Assembly (NCBI GenBank): GCA_030390025.1
Contig: CM059426.1
Coordinates: forward strand, 207,514,001 to 207,578,000
DNA: 64,000 bases
From: Squalus acanthias
Lineage: Eukaryota
Direction: 5' to 3'
The position numbers were made by a program, and so were the translations under genes. Shown here one piece after another: positions 1 to 11,672 of the stretch. The notes below the pieces were generated by a model, which did no database searches, was not told where the DNA came from, and saw nothing but the letters and a program-made list of their open reading frames with translations. The first letter of the stretch is position 1, and each line of letters begins with the position of its first letter.

Positions 1-1032
1 CATTTCCCTGCCCGCTCCCCATAACCCTTCACTCCCTTATTGTTCAAAAATCTGTCTATCTCCACCTTAAATGTAATCAATGGCCCAGCCTCCACAGCTC
101 TCTGGGGCAGAGAATTCCACAGATTTACGACCCTCTGAGAGAAGAAATTCCTCCTCATCTCCGTTTTACATGGGCGACCCCTTATTCTCAAACTATGCCC
201 CCTAGTTCGAGATTCCCCCATAAGGGGAAACATCTTCTCTGCATCTACTTTGTCGAGCCCCCTCAGTATCTTATATGTTTCAATAAGATCCCCTCTCATT
301 CTTCTAAACTCCAATGAGTATAGGCCCAACCTGCTCAACCTTTCTTCATAAGTCAACCCCTTCATCTCAGGAATCAACCTCATGAACCTTCTCTGAACTG
401 CCTCCAATGCAAGTACATCCCTCCTTAAATAAGGAGACCAAAACTGTACGCAGTACTCCAGGTGTGGTCTCACCAATACCCTGTACGTTGTAGCAGGACT
501 TCCCTGCTTTTATACTGCAACCCCCTTGCAATAAAGGCCAACATTCCATTTGCCTTCCTGATTACTTGCTGTGCCTGCATGCTAACTTTTTGTGTTTCAT
601 GCACACGGACCCCCAGGTCCCTCTGAACTGCAACATTTTGTAATCTCTCTCCATTTAAATAATGATGCGGAGATGCCGGAGTTGGACTGGGGTGGACAAA
701 AGTGAGAAGTCGCACAACACCAGGTTATAGTCTTGTGATTTCAAATAAAGCTGTTGGACTATAACCTGGTGTTGTGCGACTTCTCACATTTAAATAATAG
801 TTTGCTTTTTTATTTTTCCTACCAAAGTGGATAACCTTACACTTTCCCACATTATACTCCATCTGCCAAATGTTTGCCCACTCACTTAGCCTGTCTATAT
901 TCTTTTGCAGATTCTTTGTGTCCTCTTCACAACTTGCTTTCCCACCTATCTTTGTATCATCAGCAAATTTGGCTACATTGCACTCGGTCCCTTCATCCAA
1001 GTCATTAATATAGATTGTAAATAGCTGAGGCC
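1..1032 (-). mobile_element. CR1-clade LINE, RT/3' fragment, interrupted by an insertion at 664-787
   Basis: Minus-strand PQLFTIYINDLDEG...KFADDTKIGG...KCKVIHFGRKN and ANGMLAFIARG; frameshifted. Confidence 0.9.
664..787. mobile_element. Short insertion with a perfect 31-bp inverted repeat, probably a Penelope-like terminal-repeat fragment
   Basis: Arms 702-732 and 757-787 with a 24-nt loop; flanked by direct repeat ATTTAAATAAT (653-663 and 788-798). Confidence 0.75.
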
Positions 1033-1191
1033 AAATGCATTGGCAATTGCACTCAGTTGTCATACGCCTTGGCCTTCCCAATATTATCTCAGCTGCTTAA
1101 AAGCCTCCTAATTGAAGGTTACAGCCTGATTATAACTTCATTTTGGCTGGCCAACTAATTGGGACTTATCTGGGGGCGGGGCGGGGCGGGG

Positions 1192-1342
1192 GGGAGATTT
1201 AACCAGGATCTGTACAATGAGTGCTTGCACAAGATTTGTACCAAAATAACTTAGCTCACGTTAACTTCTTTGAAAAAGGATATGAGATTTAGAAAGTCTC
1301 CATTAGGGGTTTGCGTAGCTTAGCATAATATTTAACGGGGTA
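1192..1342 (+). repeat. Diverged direct duplicate of the intronic segment 3808-3965 just upstream of the exon at 3988
   Basis: Shared blocks include CTTGCACAAGATTTG, CCAAAATAACTTAGCTCACGTTAACT, GAGATTTAGAAAGTCTCC and TTAGGGGTTTGCGTAGCTTA. Confidence 0.9.
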
Positions 1343-2227
1343 CTGGAAAAGTAAAATTCCTTGCTAAGCACTGCTCCTTGTAACTCTCAGACAACCATAA
1401 AGAACTTTGGTCAGCTCAACAGCGCGCAATTTTCAGACTATCGACTCACTGCCTTGTTCATTATTGCCTCAGTGATAGACTCCTCACAACAGCGTTCTCT
1501 AAACAGTGCTGGTCTTGTGATCACCTCAGGATTCTTCCTAAAATATGATTAAATGGTCTCCTTCCATCTAATCTCTTTCTACCGCATGTTTTCTGAAGCA
1601 TTCCAACCCGATATCTCAGTGCAGTTCAAGCTCTGCAGGTTGTTAAATTTAATTTTCTGGGTTTTGACATTGTAAGAGATTTGCTTCGGGAACACGCTGT
1701 TCGTTTTGATGCTTTCTTTGAGGTAATTCTGTATGTTTGTGCCATTGCCTGCTCCATAGCCACATCAATACTAATTACTATAGCTCTGTTGATAGAGCCA
1801 CTTGCCTCCAACTGTTCCCCGTCATGTTGCTTCAGGCTCCAGGCAGATTAACTTTAAGCCATCCTGTTTGCACTGTAACGCACAGCGGGGCGACTGGCAA
1901 AGCAAAAAACCACAACACAACTACATCTGCAGCTGCAGATAGCTCTTCAAATGTACCTAAGACCACCTCGATTGTAAATGAGTTCAGCTGGCGAAACGAG
2001 AAAGTGATGCAGCTTTTCCCAGAATGTCATTGTTCTTTCCTTTCTTGCATTTTGATTGCCGCGACAACTTGTGTTTAGATAGTGCATGTAATAATAGAAA
2101 GACGTCCCAAGGTACTTTATGGGGTGGGAAGAGGGGAAGAAGAAAAAGGAGAAAAAAATAAATAAGAATAGATAAGGATCCTCCCAAGTCATGGAGAGAG
2201 AGATTAGGAAGTGTGACTGAAGACTTG

Positions 2228-2612
2228 GTTGAAAAGAAAGTAGAAAGACTTGCATTTATATGCAGCACCTTTCACGACCACTGGACGTAATAGGGGCACA
2301 AGCGGTTCGTAGGCCCTCTGGGATCACGCGGCAGCCAATTTGCGCACAGCAAGCTCCCACAAACAGCAATGTGATAACGACCAGATAAATCTGTTTTTGT
2401 TATGTTGATTGAGGGATAAATATTAGCCAGGACACAGGGGATAACTTCCCTGCTCTTCTTCGAAATGGTGCCGTGGGCTCTTTTACGTCCACCTGAGAGG
2501 GCAGACGGGGCCTCGGTTTTACGTCTCGTCCGAAAGACGGCACCTCCGACACTGCAGTGCTCCCTCAGCACTGCACTGGAGTCTCAGCCTAGATTTTTTT
2601 GCTCAAGTCCCT
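2228..2612 (-). mobile_element. Deu-domain SINE (SacSINE1/AmnSINE1-like)
   Basis: Reverse complement of the core seen in full at 22940-23410. Confidence 0.85.
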
Positions 2613-2884
2613 TGAAAAGGTGGATTTTGAGAAGCTTTTCAAAAGGTGGACAAACAAAGGGGGAGGGAGGGAGGAGGGCTTCAGAATGGAAATCCAGAGA
2701 GTAGGATTGAGGCAGCTAATGACTCTGCTGGTGGGACAACAAGAGAGGGGTTGAGCAAAAGGCCAAAATCAGAGGACTGAAGGACACAGGAGGGGACATA
2801 AAGTTGAAAGAGATTGCAAAGATAGGGTGGAATGAGAGAGAGAGAAATTAAGAAAGATAGAAAGAGTGAAAGAAAGTGAAAGAG

Positions 2885-3088
2885 TTGTAATGCAGGGAAA
2901 CGCGATGGCCAACTTTGCGCACAGTAAGGTCCCACAAACAGGAATGAGGTAAATAACCAAATAATCGTTTGTGATGGTGCTGGTTGAGGGATAAATATTG
3001 GCCAGAATGTTGGGAGAACTCCCCTGCTCTTCCTTGAATAGTACCATGGGATCTTTTACATCCAACTGAGAGGTCAGTCACGGCCTCA
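2885..3088 (-). mobile_element. Deu-domain SINE fragment
   Basis: GAGGGATAAATATTGGCCAG...GGGATCTTTTACATCCA core. Confidence 0.75.
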
Positions 3089-3099
3089 GTTCTTCAGAC

Positions 3100-3560
3100 A
3101 GATCCTTGTGGGATTCCGGAGAAGACAGTATGGGAATGGGAAGAGAAGCCTTGTCTGGAAATGCTTTGACTGTGTTTGAACAGTTAGGAATGGAACCATG
3201 CAAGGACAGTCCCATGGTGCTGGACAATGGAGGAGAGGCAATGGAGGAAGATGGCATGGATAACCATTATCAAATGTTGTGGAGAGATTGAGGAGGACAA
3301 GGAAGGACAATGGGCCATGGTCACAGTCACAGAGGATGTCATTCTTGACTTTAGTGAGGGCAGCCTTTGTGCAGCAGGAAGGATGGAAGCTGGACAGCGA
3401 GTTTTGGGACATTTGGTCGCAGGGCTGAGAAGTGACAACATGTTCAAAGACCTTGGAGAGGAAAAGGAAATTAGAGGTGGGGCAGCAATTGGAGAGGACA
3501 GGAAGGTCTGGGGTCTTTTTTTCCAGACAGGAGGTGATGATGTTAGCTTTGAAAGGGAAT
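3100..3560 (-). mobile_element. Degenerate L2-clade LINE RT fragment
   Basis: Minus-strand TKAALTKVKNDIL...LVLLNLSTTFD and HGTVLAWFHS resemble the L2 motif ETAL.KV.NDIL...LLDLSAAFD. Confidence 0.7.
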
Positions 3561-3987
3561 GGGATGGTGGCTTTACATTAATAATATCAATGTCACAGAT
3601 CATTATTAAATATGATCTTTTTGTATCTGGAGATTTGTACCGTTAGATTTTTTAAACTGCAATTTATAATATTGGCGAAATGTTCATTGTCTTGCAGATT
3701 ATATGTTGAAAAATAAAGTGAATCTTATATCAGGTTGCCCACCAGCTTTTTTACATTCTCATTGCATTTTAGGGCACTTCTAACCAGCAATAAGCGGGCG
3801 TTAATCAAGGGGATTTAATCTAACCAGGGGTTCTGTGCAATAAGCACTTGCACAAGATTTGATCCAAAATAACTTAGCTCACGTTAACTATTTTGAAAAA
3901 GGATACGAGATTTAGAAAGTCTCCGTTAGGGGTTTGCGTAGCTTAACGTAATATCTAACAGGGTAATTGTTATCCTCCAATTGCCAG

Positions 3988-4193
3988 ATATCCGCGGGAT
4001 TCAGGATTTTTTGGACAAAGCTTCCCAGCAGGGGATGGACGTCGCTCTGCAGAAGGTGGAAAGCAACATCAACAGGATGATCAGTACCATGTTTGCCACC
4101 ATGCGTTTGGAGGAGATGAACCGGTATCGTGACACACTTCGACGGGCGATTCTCTTCCTGAGCCCACAGACAGCGAAGGCCTTCGTTTCTCAG
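3988..4193 (+). CDS. GRID2: Delta glutamate receptor (GluD2-like) internal exon, equivalent to human GRID2 exon 4 (amino-terminal domain)
   Basis: ttgccAG|ATATCCGC...TCTCAG|GTaggg; 206 nt, phase 1 to 0. Encodes (D)[68 protein letters not shown], recognisably GluD2 ([13 protein letters not shown]; [12 protein letters not shown]). Confidence 0.93.
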
Positions 4194-5127
4194 GTAGGGG
4201 GTACAACAGCGTACGCGCACACCAGGTAAGAATAACACCGTGTTGGTGGCTGAAACCAATTGCTGTCATGTCCTTTGGCTTTATAAAGTCAATCTGAATT
4301 CTGTGAGTGAAAATCTGTTACTCCGTGGCTGGTCAGGTATCAGAATTCTTGATCACCTATGCTGATTTCACTGTTCGATCTGCACACAGTAATGTCACAA
4401 CTTCATATTAGTTGACTGTTAAGTGCAACAAGCTTGTCCAATACTAGATGATATTGAGGTCTGATGTTGAGATAATGGCGCCCTAGAGGTGGCCATTTTT
4501 AATCTGCTCGCCAGCAAACCAACACCCCTTGATTCTCGCGTTAACTGTAACAGTTACTGTCGCTGAAACATCTAAGAGATCAAGTCAGATGCTGCAACGG
4601 CCTTTCGTCAGTCTTAAGAACAGAGACTCACAGACTGCAATGACGGGGATGGGCATTGCAATCAGAATCTCTTTTTTATAATTCACTAAAGCTGGCACGG
4701 ACTTTCCAACCTAGGGATCTGAAATTAGTCCACTTCGACTCCCGTGTCCAATTTCCAAGAGCACAACCTTGCAGTCAAAATATAGAAACAAAAGCTAGTG
4801 CAGTAGTGATTCCCTGCCCTTTCAACATGCTTGTAAATGTGACTGGTACCGAGTGGTGCCAGCAGCCTCTAGTAACAGGACATGAATACTACACCCACCT
4901 TTATCTTTATTCCATTGGCAGATTTTTTATTTGTTCCTGGGCTGTGGGCATCGCTGGCAAGGCCAGCATTTATTGTCCGTCCCGAATGTCCGATTCAAAG
5001 GGTTTGGATACTTTCTCGTGTGTCCAATTGCAAGATCTGGGCCTAGAAATTGTTCTATGCGTCCGACTTTGGAAGCAAACCCAGCGGCAACTGTGGATTG
5101 CCGCCGCCCCCCCCCCCCACCGCCCCG

Positions 5128-5630
5128 AAACTGAGGGGCAGAGGTTATGGTTTGATATTGTTGAACTCGATGCTGAGTCCAGAAGGCTGCAAAGTTCCAT
5201 TTCCCCCGCTTCTGCGCTCACCCCTTCCCCTCTCTCCCAGAACCACGATAGGGTTCCCCTTGTCCTCACCTTTCACCTCACCAGCCTCCACATTCAACGG
5301 ACCATCCTCCGCCACCTCCAGCGTGATCCCGCCAGCAAGCACATCTTCCCCTCCCCTTTCAGCATGGCTAAGGGACCGCTCCCTCTGCGATACCTTGGTC
5401 CACTCCTCAACCACCCCCAACACCCCCCTCCCCTTCCCACGGCACCTTCCCGTGCAAGTGCAGGAGATGCAACACCTGCCCTTTTATCTCCTCCCTTCCC
5501 ACTGTCCAGGGAACCCCAAATACTCCTTCCAGGTGAAACAGCGATTTACTTGTACTTCTTGCAATTTAGTATACTGTATTCGCTGCTCACGATGCGGTCT
5601 CCTCTACACTGGGGAGACCAAACGCAGATT
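5128..5630. mobile_element. Rearranged Penelope-like element fragment with an internal inversion
   Basis: 5196-5630 (+) encodes NHDRVPLVLTFH...FTCTSCNLVYCIRCSRCGLLYTGETKRR; 5128-5195 (-) encodes TLQPSGLSIEFNN. Both match the ORF at 46372-47601. Confidence 0.85.
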
Positions 5631-6405
5631 ATTATTAGTGCTGGGGACGCCAATCGCACTCCAAGACGCAGTGTCTTGGTCGCACAGAACCTGGTTGGCC
5701 AGCGGGTTGCCATCGTAGAACCTACTGTAAGTCCGGGAGGAGAGTGGAGTTGGGGGGTGGGGGGCGGTTGGGCTTGTGGCGAGCGGTGGCCGTCAGCGTC
5801 CTGCACCTTTAACCTGGAGTCGGGGAGTGCACTGCTGCTTCTTCTGGCTCCACAATCAGGTAAGTTTAAAAAATAAATCTTTTACTCGCCCTTTTTTTGG
5901 TGGCGGTCTGCAGCGGTCCTTTCAAAGACTGCTGTTTTGATGGTGTTTGCCAGAGAAAACTGACCGCAGCACACCTGGCTCCTGCATATGTCAGTCACGA
6001 TCCAATATCGGAAATGGGCCTGAAATAAGTGCTGGGCCCCCCGATTTGCATAGGTAATGAGCTTTACACTTGTTTCAGGTGGGTTGCCCTGGACGACTAT
6101 AGTGTGCCCTAACCAATATGGCGTGAGGCACATATGTGGCACGCTATGCCATATTGGAACTTTCAGTGCGCTGTGCAATCCAATTTCTAGGTCTAACTTT
6201 TGAATGGATAAGTATCTAATATCTAATACTAGGCCAACACACGGAAGTGTGACAACCTGTGGAGGCGCACCTGAGTCTCTGCTCTACATCTCCACCCAGC
6301 AACACAGCTGAGACCAGCACGTCTGTAGATTGAGATGTTGAATCTTTGTCTCATTATCCTGTAGCACCACATGTTGGTGCTCCAACAAGTGCGACCATCA
6401 TGCTA

Positions 6406-6900
6406 AACAACAACGACTTGCATTTATGTAGTGCCTTAATTTAGTAAAACGTCCCAAGGCCCTTTACAGGAGTGTAATAAGACAAAAACTCAGAAGAAAG
6501 GGGAAGATATTAGAACAGGTGACTACAAGCTTGGTCAAAGAGTTAAGTTTTAAGGAGGGTTTTAAAGGAGGAGAGAGAGTTGGCGAGGCGGAGAGGTTTA
6601 GGAAGGGATTTCCAGAGCTTGGGGCCTCGACGGCTGAAGGCACAGCCACCAATGGTGGAGCGAAGGGAGTGGGGGATGAGCAAGAGGCCAGAGTTGGAGG
6701 AACGCAGAGTTCTTGGAAGGTGGTAGGGCTAGAGGAGCTTGTAGAGATAGGGAGGGGTTAGGCCATGGAGATATTTCAACACAAGAATGAGAATTTTAAT
6801 ACTGAGGCAATGGTGGACTGGGAGCCACAGGGTGAGAGTGGCTTGGTGTGGGTTAGAATACAGGCAGTAGGGTTTTGGAGGACCTCAAGTTTATGGAGAG
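6406..6900 (-). mobile_element. L2-clade LINE 3' end
   Basis: AACAACAACGACTTGCATTTAT tail; same family as 7355, 20138, 39626 and 55748. Confidence 0.8.
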
Positions 6901-7354
6901 TTGGAAGGTCCCTTCACTGCGAAATGATAGCAAAGCACACTGGAAGCTCAAAGTTTTGTGTCGTGGATTAATAGGAAGCTGCTTTGCGCACATTTCTTCA
7001 TATGGTTGACTTCCTGGTCTTAACCACACCACCACAAAGAGGGGCTGAACACACAGCAGCTACCTCCCAATCGGGAGGGAAGTGAAATGAGAAGCGCAGT
7101 CATTCCGGGCTTCCCCCTGACGCATCAGAGTGTCATTTACAGAAACCTGGCAGTAGGTGGACTGGCTGATCTCTGGTCAGTGGTGGTGTGTGGAGCAGGG
7201 AAACAGGAAACATGAGGAAATAAGAAACATCTTTTAAAACTGCACTGAAAATAGTACATCTTTAAAAGAAATAATTGAACACCAGTTGTCCCTGATCATG
7301 ATCTCGAAACTGAGGCAGTGCAGAGAGAGATGACTGCGTCGCCCCTCCCCAAAT

Positions 7355-8010
7355 AACAACAACAACTTGTATTTATATAGCGCCTTTAATGTAGTAAAAT
7401 CTCCCAAGGTGCTTCACAGCAGCGATTATCAAACAAAATTTGGCACCGAGCCACATAAGGAGATATTAGGGCAGGTGACCAAAAGCTTGGTCAAAGAGGT
7501 AGGTTTTAAGGAGGAACTTAAAGAAGGAGAGAGAGGTAGAGAGGCGGAGAGGTTTAGGGGGGGAATTCCAGGGCTTGGGGCCCAGGCAGCTGAAGGCACG
7601 GCCACCAATGGTGGAGCGATTAAAATCGGGGTATGCGCAAGAGGCCAGAATTCGAGGAGCGCAGAGATCTCGGAGGGTTGTAGGCAGTGTTCCCTCTAAG
7701 CTGCGCGGCGCTCATGGTGTCCCGCGCGGCCGGATTTTCAATGCAAAAACCGCTCATGCGCGGTATTTTGAATGGGCCGCACGGCGCCCCAAAAAAATTA
7801 CAGGGGACATTGGTTGTGGGGCGGGAGGAGGTTACAGAGATAGGGAGGGGGCGAGGCCATGGAGGGATTTCACCACAAGGATGAGAATTTTAAAATCGAT
7901 GCTTTGCCAGACCAGGAGCCAATGTAGGTCAATGAGCACAGGGGTGATGGGTGAAATGGACTTGGTGCAGGCAGCAGAGTTTTGGATGAGCTTAGGTTTA
8001 TGGAGGGCGG
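7355..8010 (-). mobile_element. L2-clade LINE 3' end carrying a MITE insertion
   Basis: Minus-strand LIQNSAAC...ITPVLIDLHWL...IDFKILILVVKSLHGLAP. Confidence 0.85.
7685..7812. mobile_element. hAT-type MITE (128 bp)
   Basis: TIRs CAGTGTTCCCTCTAA / TTACAGGGGACATTG; 8-bp TSD GTTGTAGG / GTTGTGGG. Confidence 0.85.
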
Positions 8011-8572
8011 TGGGCTCGTCTCTCAACAGCACACTGCGCAGGTAGAGACTAAACACCATACCAGGCTCTGTGACCATTGCTGGAGGAGCAGGGGGTGGGG
8101 GGTACGGCCTATACATTTTATTAATTTGAAACAAATTCTGAAACGTCATCTGCAGGAGCTGTTGAAAATACATACAAGGGCCTATTTATGCTAAACAAAT
8201 GCCGTAATGCTCCTTCAATGAGCCAGCGTTGCCATGGTAATGTGCCTTGCACTATAGAAGGCTTTGAATAATGGCTTGATCAGTAATGTGATAAATCATT
8301 CTCCTACTGATCACTACAAGGCAGATGCACCGCCTACGAGAGCAGGAACTAGCAGCAAGAGGCCAACACAATCAGCCTGCAGCATCATTTCCGCTCCAGG
8401 AGCTAAGCCCGCTCGGAAATTTCCTAATTTGGCAAATCCAGCCCTCGCACAGGAATTTGTAGTCTTTACAAATGATGACCTACATTTCATGACTCTCTGG
8501 AAGACCTGACGCCTGTACCCTCGAGGTTTTGAAAGATTGTCTCACTCTTTTCTTTGTTGGACTGACTTAAGG

Positions 8573-9566
8573 TGTAAGGGGTTTTCTCCGGTCCCGGTCC
8601 CCCGTTACACACAGTTCTTGGACGTCAGGATTTATAAGAACAAAATACACACGGCACAGGGTTTTGGCTCAACCTTTGATTCCTTCGTTTATTGAACACA
8701 CACACACAATTACTTCCCCAGAATAAATCTCTACGATTTATATTAGACTAACAACCCCAAAATACAAACCTCTACGCAAGGGTCATTTGCATCGATACAA
8801 TATGACACAGTTAAACCCGTCCGCGATTTGACTGTTACATATAAAGTTACCCAGACTCAATCACAAAACCCTTATTGTGATCTGACTGAAACTTACAAAC
8901 TTACTCAGACTCAATCATAAAAGCCCCTCTATGATTTGACTGAAACACACACTCACCACTCCCGATCGGCTGTCTCTTGGAGTTGATTGTAGGCCCGAAT
9001 CTTCCTGCTTCCCTGTTCTTCCGTTGGCTTCCCACACCACTCTCTTCGAAGTGTGCCTTACTTTAAACCAAAACCAACTTGCAATCTTGAAACACATTCC
9101 CTGGCCCCCTCCTGAGCATACGATGGCCGTTTCAAAAATGTGTGAATGTCTCTAGCAAAGAACTCTTGATGGCTAATTGTCCCTCGTATTGTCCATTGAT
9201 TAGAGATACCTTTCTGACAATCCAACCTTCCCAAGGTGACTGCATATGCTCGTTGTTGGTTTCTGTTAGCATTCGTATTTAAATGGTTCAAGGCCCAGCC
9301 CATTGTCTAGGCCTGCACTGATACTAGTTATACTGGGGATATGGTTTTCTTTAACAATGTAACCCCTTAAGGTAAATGAATATGCGAATGTTCTTGTTCG
9401 GAAGCATTCGTATATTAGATTGTCTGTGATCCAGACTCTTTAAGGTTCGTCTGCAATGTTTGAATTAACCCTTTATTGCCCATCTCTTTTTGCGGGCTGT
9501 GCAGTTCTGGGTTTTTATATTTCATAGTCCAATTTTTACCGTTGGGAGGGAGGAATGGATCCTACA
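8573..9566 (-). mobile_element. Solo LTR (about 1 kb)
   Basis: TGTAAGG...TCCTACA termini; 4-bp TSD AAGG/GAGG; TTTATT (minus-strand AATAAA) near 8688; internal tandem duplication at 8851-8956. Confidence 0.65.
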
Positions 9567-10621
9567 GAGGTATTAACCTGAATGTTTTTGTATTGGACCA
9601 CACAGGCTAACATGGCAATTAGGTTTCAATTCCCTACCTCCTGGATGGCGATTCTGACCGCAGAAATGATTTGGCCTTAAGCGCAACTGAAACAAATTAA
9701 GCTTCAAACCAAATCTTTGAATCCTGTGAGGAAGAAATAGACCATTTTAATTTCACAGTTTAAATGATTGGTCACGGCCTTCTATTGGTTCTACACTTGC
9801 TCAACAATGGCACTTCTGGTCAGTCATGGAAGTGCAACAGAAAAGGAGACTGACGACTGCCAGTGTTCCTGCAGTTCATTTTCTTTTGCAGACGTGTAGG
9901 ACTAGGAGTATCACTGGAGAGCAAGTTTGTTCTCTAAAAGTTTCATAGGGAGCCTTTGATAGAATACAAAGCTGTCTTGACTCTCTCTGGCTTTGACTAT
10001 TAAAACAAAAATGTTTTCTTATTGGAACAGTAGGGCCATTCAGCCCCTCGAGTCTGATCTGCCATTCAATGGGATCATGGCTAATCTGTATCTTAACTCC
10101 ATCCACCCGCCTTGGTTCCGTAATCTTTAATACCCTTGCCTAACAGAAATCTACCAATCTCTGTTTTTGAAATTTTCAATTGACACCCCCAGCCTCAACC
10201 GCATAATTTGTTTGCCATTGACTTTTACTCGCGTTCCCTCAATAAAGTTCAGCTCCCCTCTGCGTACGCATAAAAGTCCTAAGAGAGTGGACATTTCCCC
10301 TTCCTCTCACTTTCACACACGCACACGCATTTTGAGCATGATTGATATCATCTCTTCTTACCACACACAGTTAGAGGAGCATAGATGAGGCCCACTATTC
10401 AGATCAGCCTTGCTTATCCATACAGAAAACTCCTACAGTCCGATCATAGCAGTCAACTGTTTTATAAAATAATTCCAGGTATTTAACCTTCATTGCTCTA
10501 CCCATGAGTTCATTCCACTTGTTGATTGTGCAATTTGCCTGTAAAGTAATCGAAGGAACACTTGAAAAGCTTTTGTTCTATTTAATGCTGTCCAGTTTTA
10601 ATTTTAAATGGAAACCTATGA

Positions 10622-11071
10622 AAAAGAAAGACTTGCATTTATATAGCACCTTTCACAACAACAGGCCCTCCCTAAGCACTTTTGAAGTGTAGTCACTCTT
10701 GTAATATAGGAAACACGGCAGCCAATATGCGCACAGCAAGCTCCCACAAACAGCAATGTGATAAAGACCAGACAATCTGTTATTAGTGATGTTGATTAAG
10801 GGATAAATATTGGCCCCAGGTCACCGGGGAGAACTCCCCTGCTCTTCTTCCAAATAGTGCCACGGGATCTTTTACATCCACCTGAGAGGGCAGACGGGGC
10901 CTCGGTTTAACGTCCTGTCCGAAAGACGGCACCTCCGACAGCGCAGCACTCCCTCAGCACTGCACTGGGAGTGTCAGTCTAGATTTTTGTGCTCAAATCT
11001 CTGGAGTGGGACTTGAACCCACAACCTTCATGACTTAGAAGCAAGAGTGCTACCAACTGATCCACGGCTGA
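10622..11071 (-). mobile_element. Full-length Deu-domain SINE
   Basis: tRNA-like head at the 11071 end, Deu core, GAAAGACTTGCATTTATATAG tail. Confidence 0.88.
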
Positions 11072-11213
11072 TATGGCAATAAAAAAAAGTGGTTATAAAT
11101 GTTATATGTAAGATATAAAAGGACCCTATCCTGATTGGAGTTTGACTTGATTCATTTTAGATGAGACAGGGCCTCGGTTTCCACCAGTGGCTCAGTTGGT
11201 AGCACCGTCGCTT

Positions 11214-11672
11214 TTGAGGAGGCTCCATGAATATCCCCATCCTCAATGATGGTGGAGTCCAGCACGTGAGTGCAAAATACAAAGCTGAAGCGTTTGCAAC
11301 CATCTTCAGCCAGAAGTGCCGAGTGGACGATCCATATCGGCCTACTCCTGAGGTCCCCGCCATCACAGAATCCAGTCTTCAGCCAATTCGATTCACTCCA
11401 CGTGATATCAAGAAACGGCTGAGCTCACTGGATACAGCAAAGGCTGTGGGCTCCGACAACATCCCGGCTGTCGTGCTGAACACTTGTGCTCCAGAACTAG
11501 CCACGCCTCTAGCCAAGCTGTTCCAGTACAGCTACAACACTGGCATCTATCCGACAATGTGGAAAACTGCCCAGGTATGTCCTGCCCACAAAAAGCAAGA
11601 CAAATCCAATCCAGCCAATTACCACCCCAATCATCAGCAAAGTGATGGAAGGTGTCATCGACAGTGCTATCA
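11214..11672 (+). mobile_element. Non-LTR retrotransposon ORF2 fragment (CR1/Jockey-group, distinct from the main CR1 family)
   Basis: KAEAFATIFS...LDTAKAVGSDNIPAVVLNTCAPELATPLAKLFQYSYNTGIYPTMWKTAQVCPAHKKQDKSNPANY. Confidence 0.85.

Noticed and set aside
4477-4495. CTCF-like motif GGCGCCCTAGAGGTGGCCA
   Set aside because: The spacing does not fit the core consensus well by eye and cannot be supported without PWM scoring.
4656-5876. 406-aa ORF as a host gene
   Set aside because: It is a chance read-through across unique intron, a LINE tail, an inverted Penelope fragment and a GC-rich repeat, with no coherent domain.
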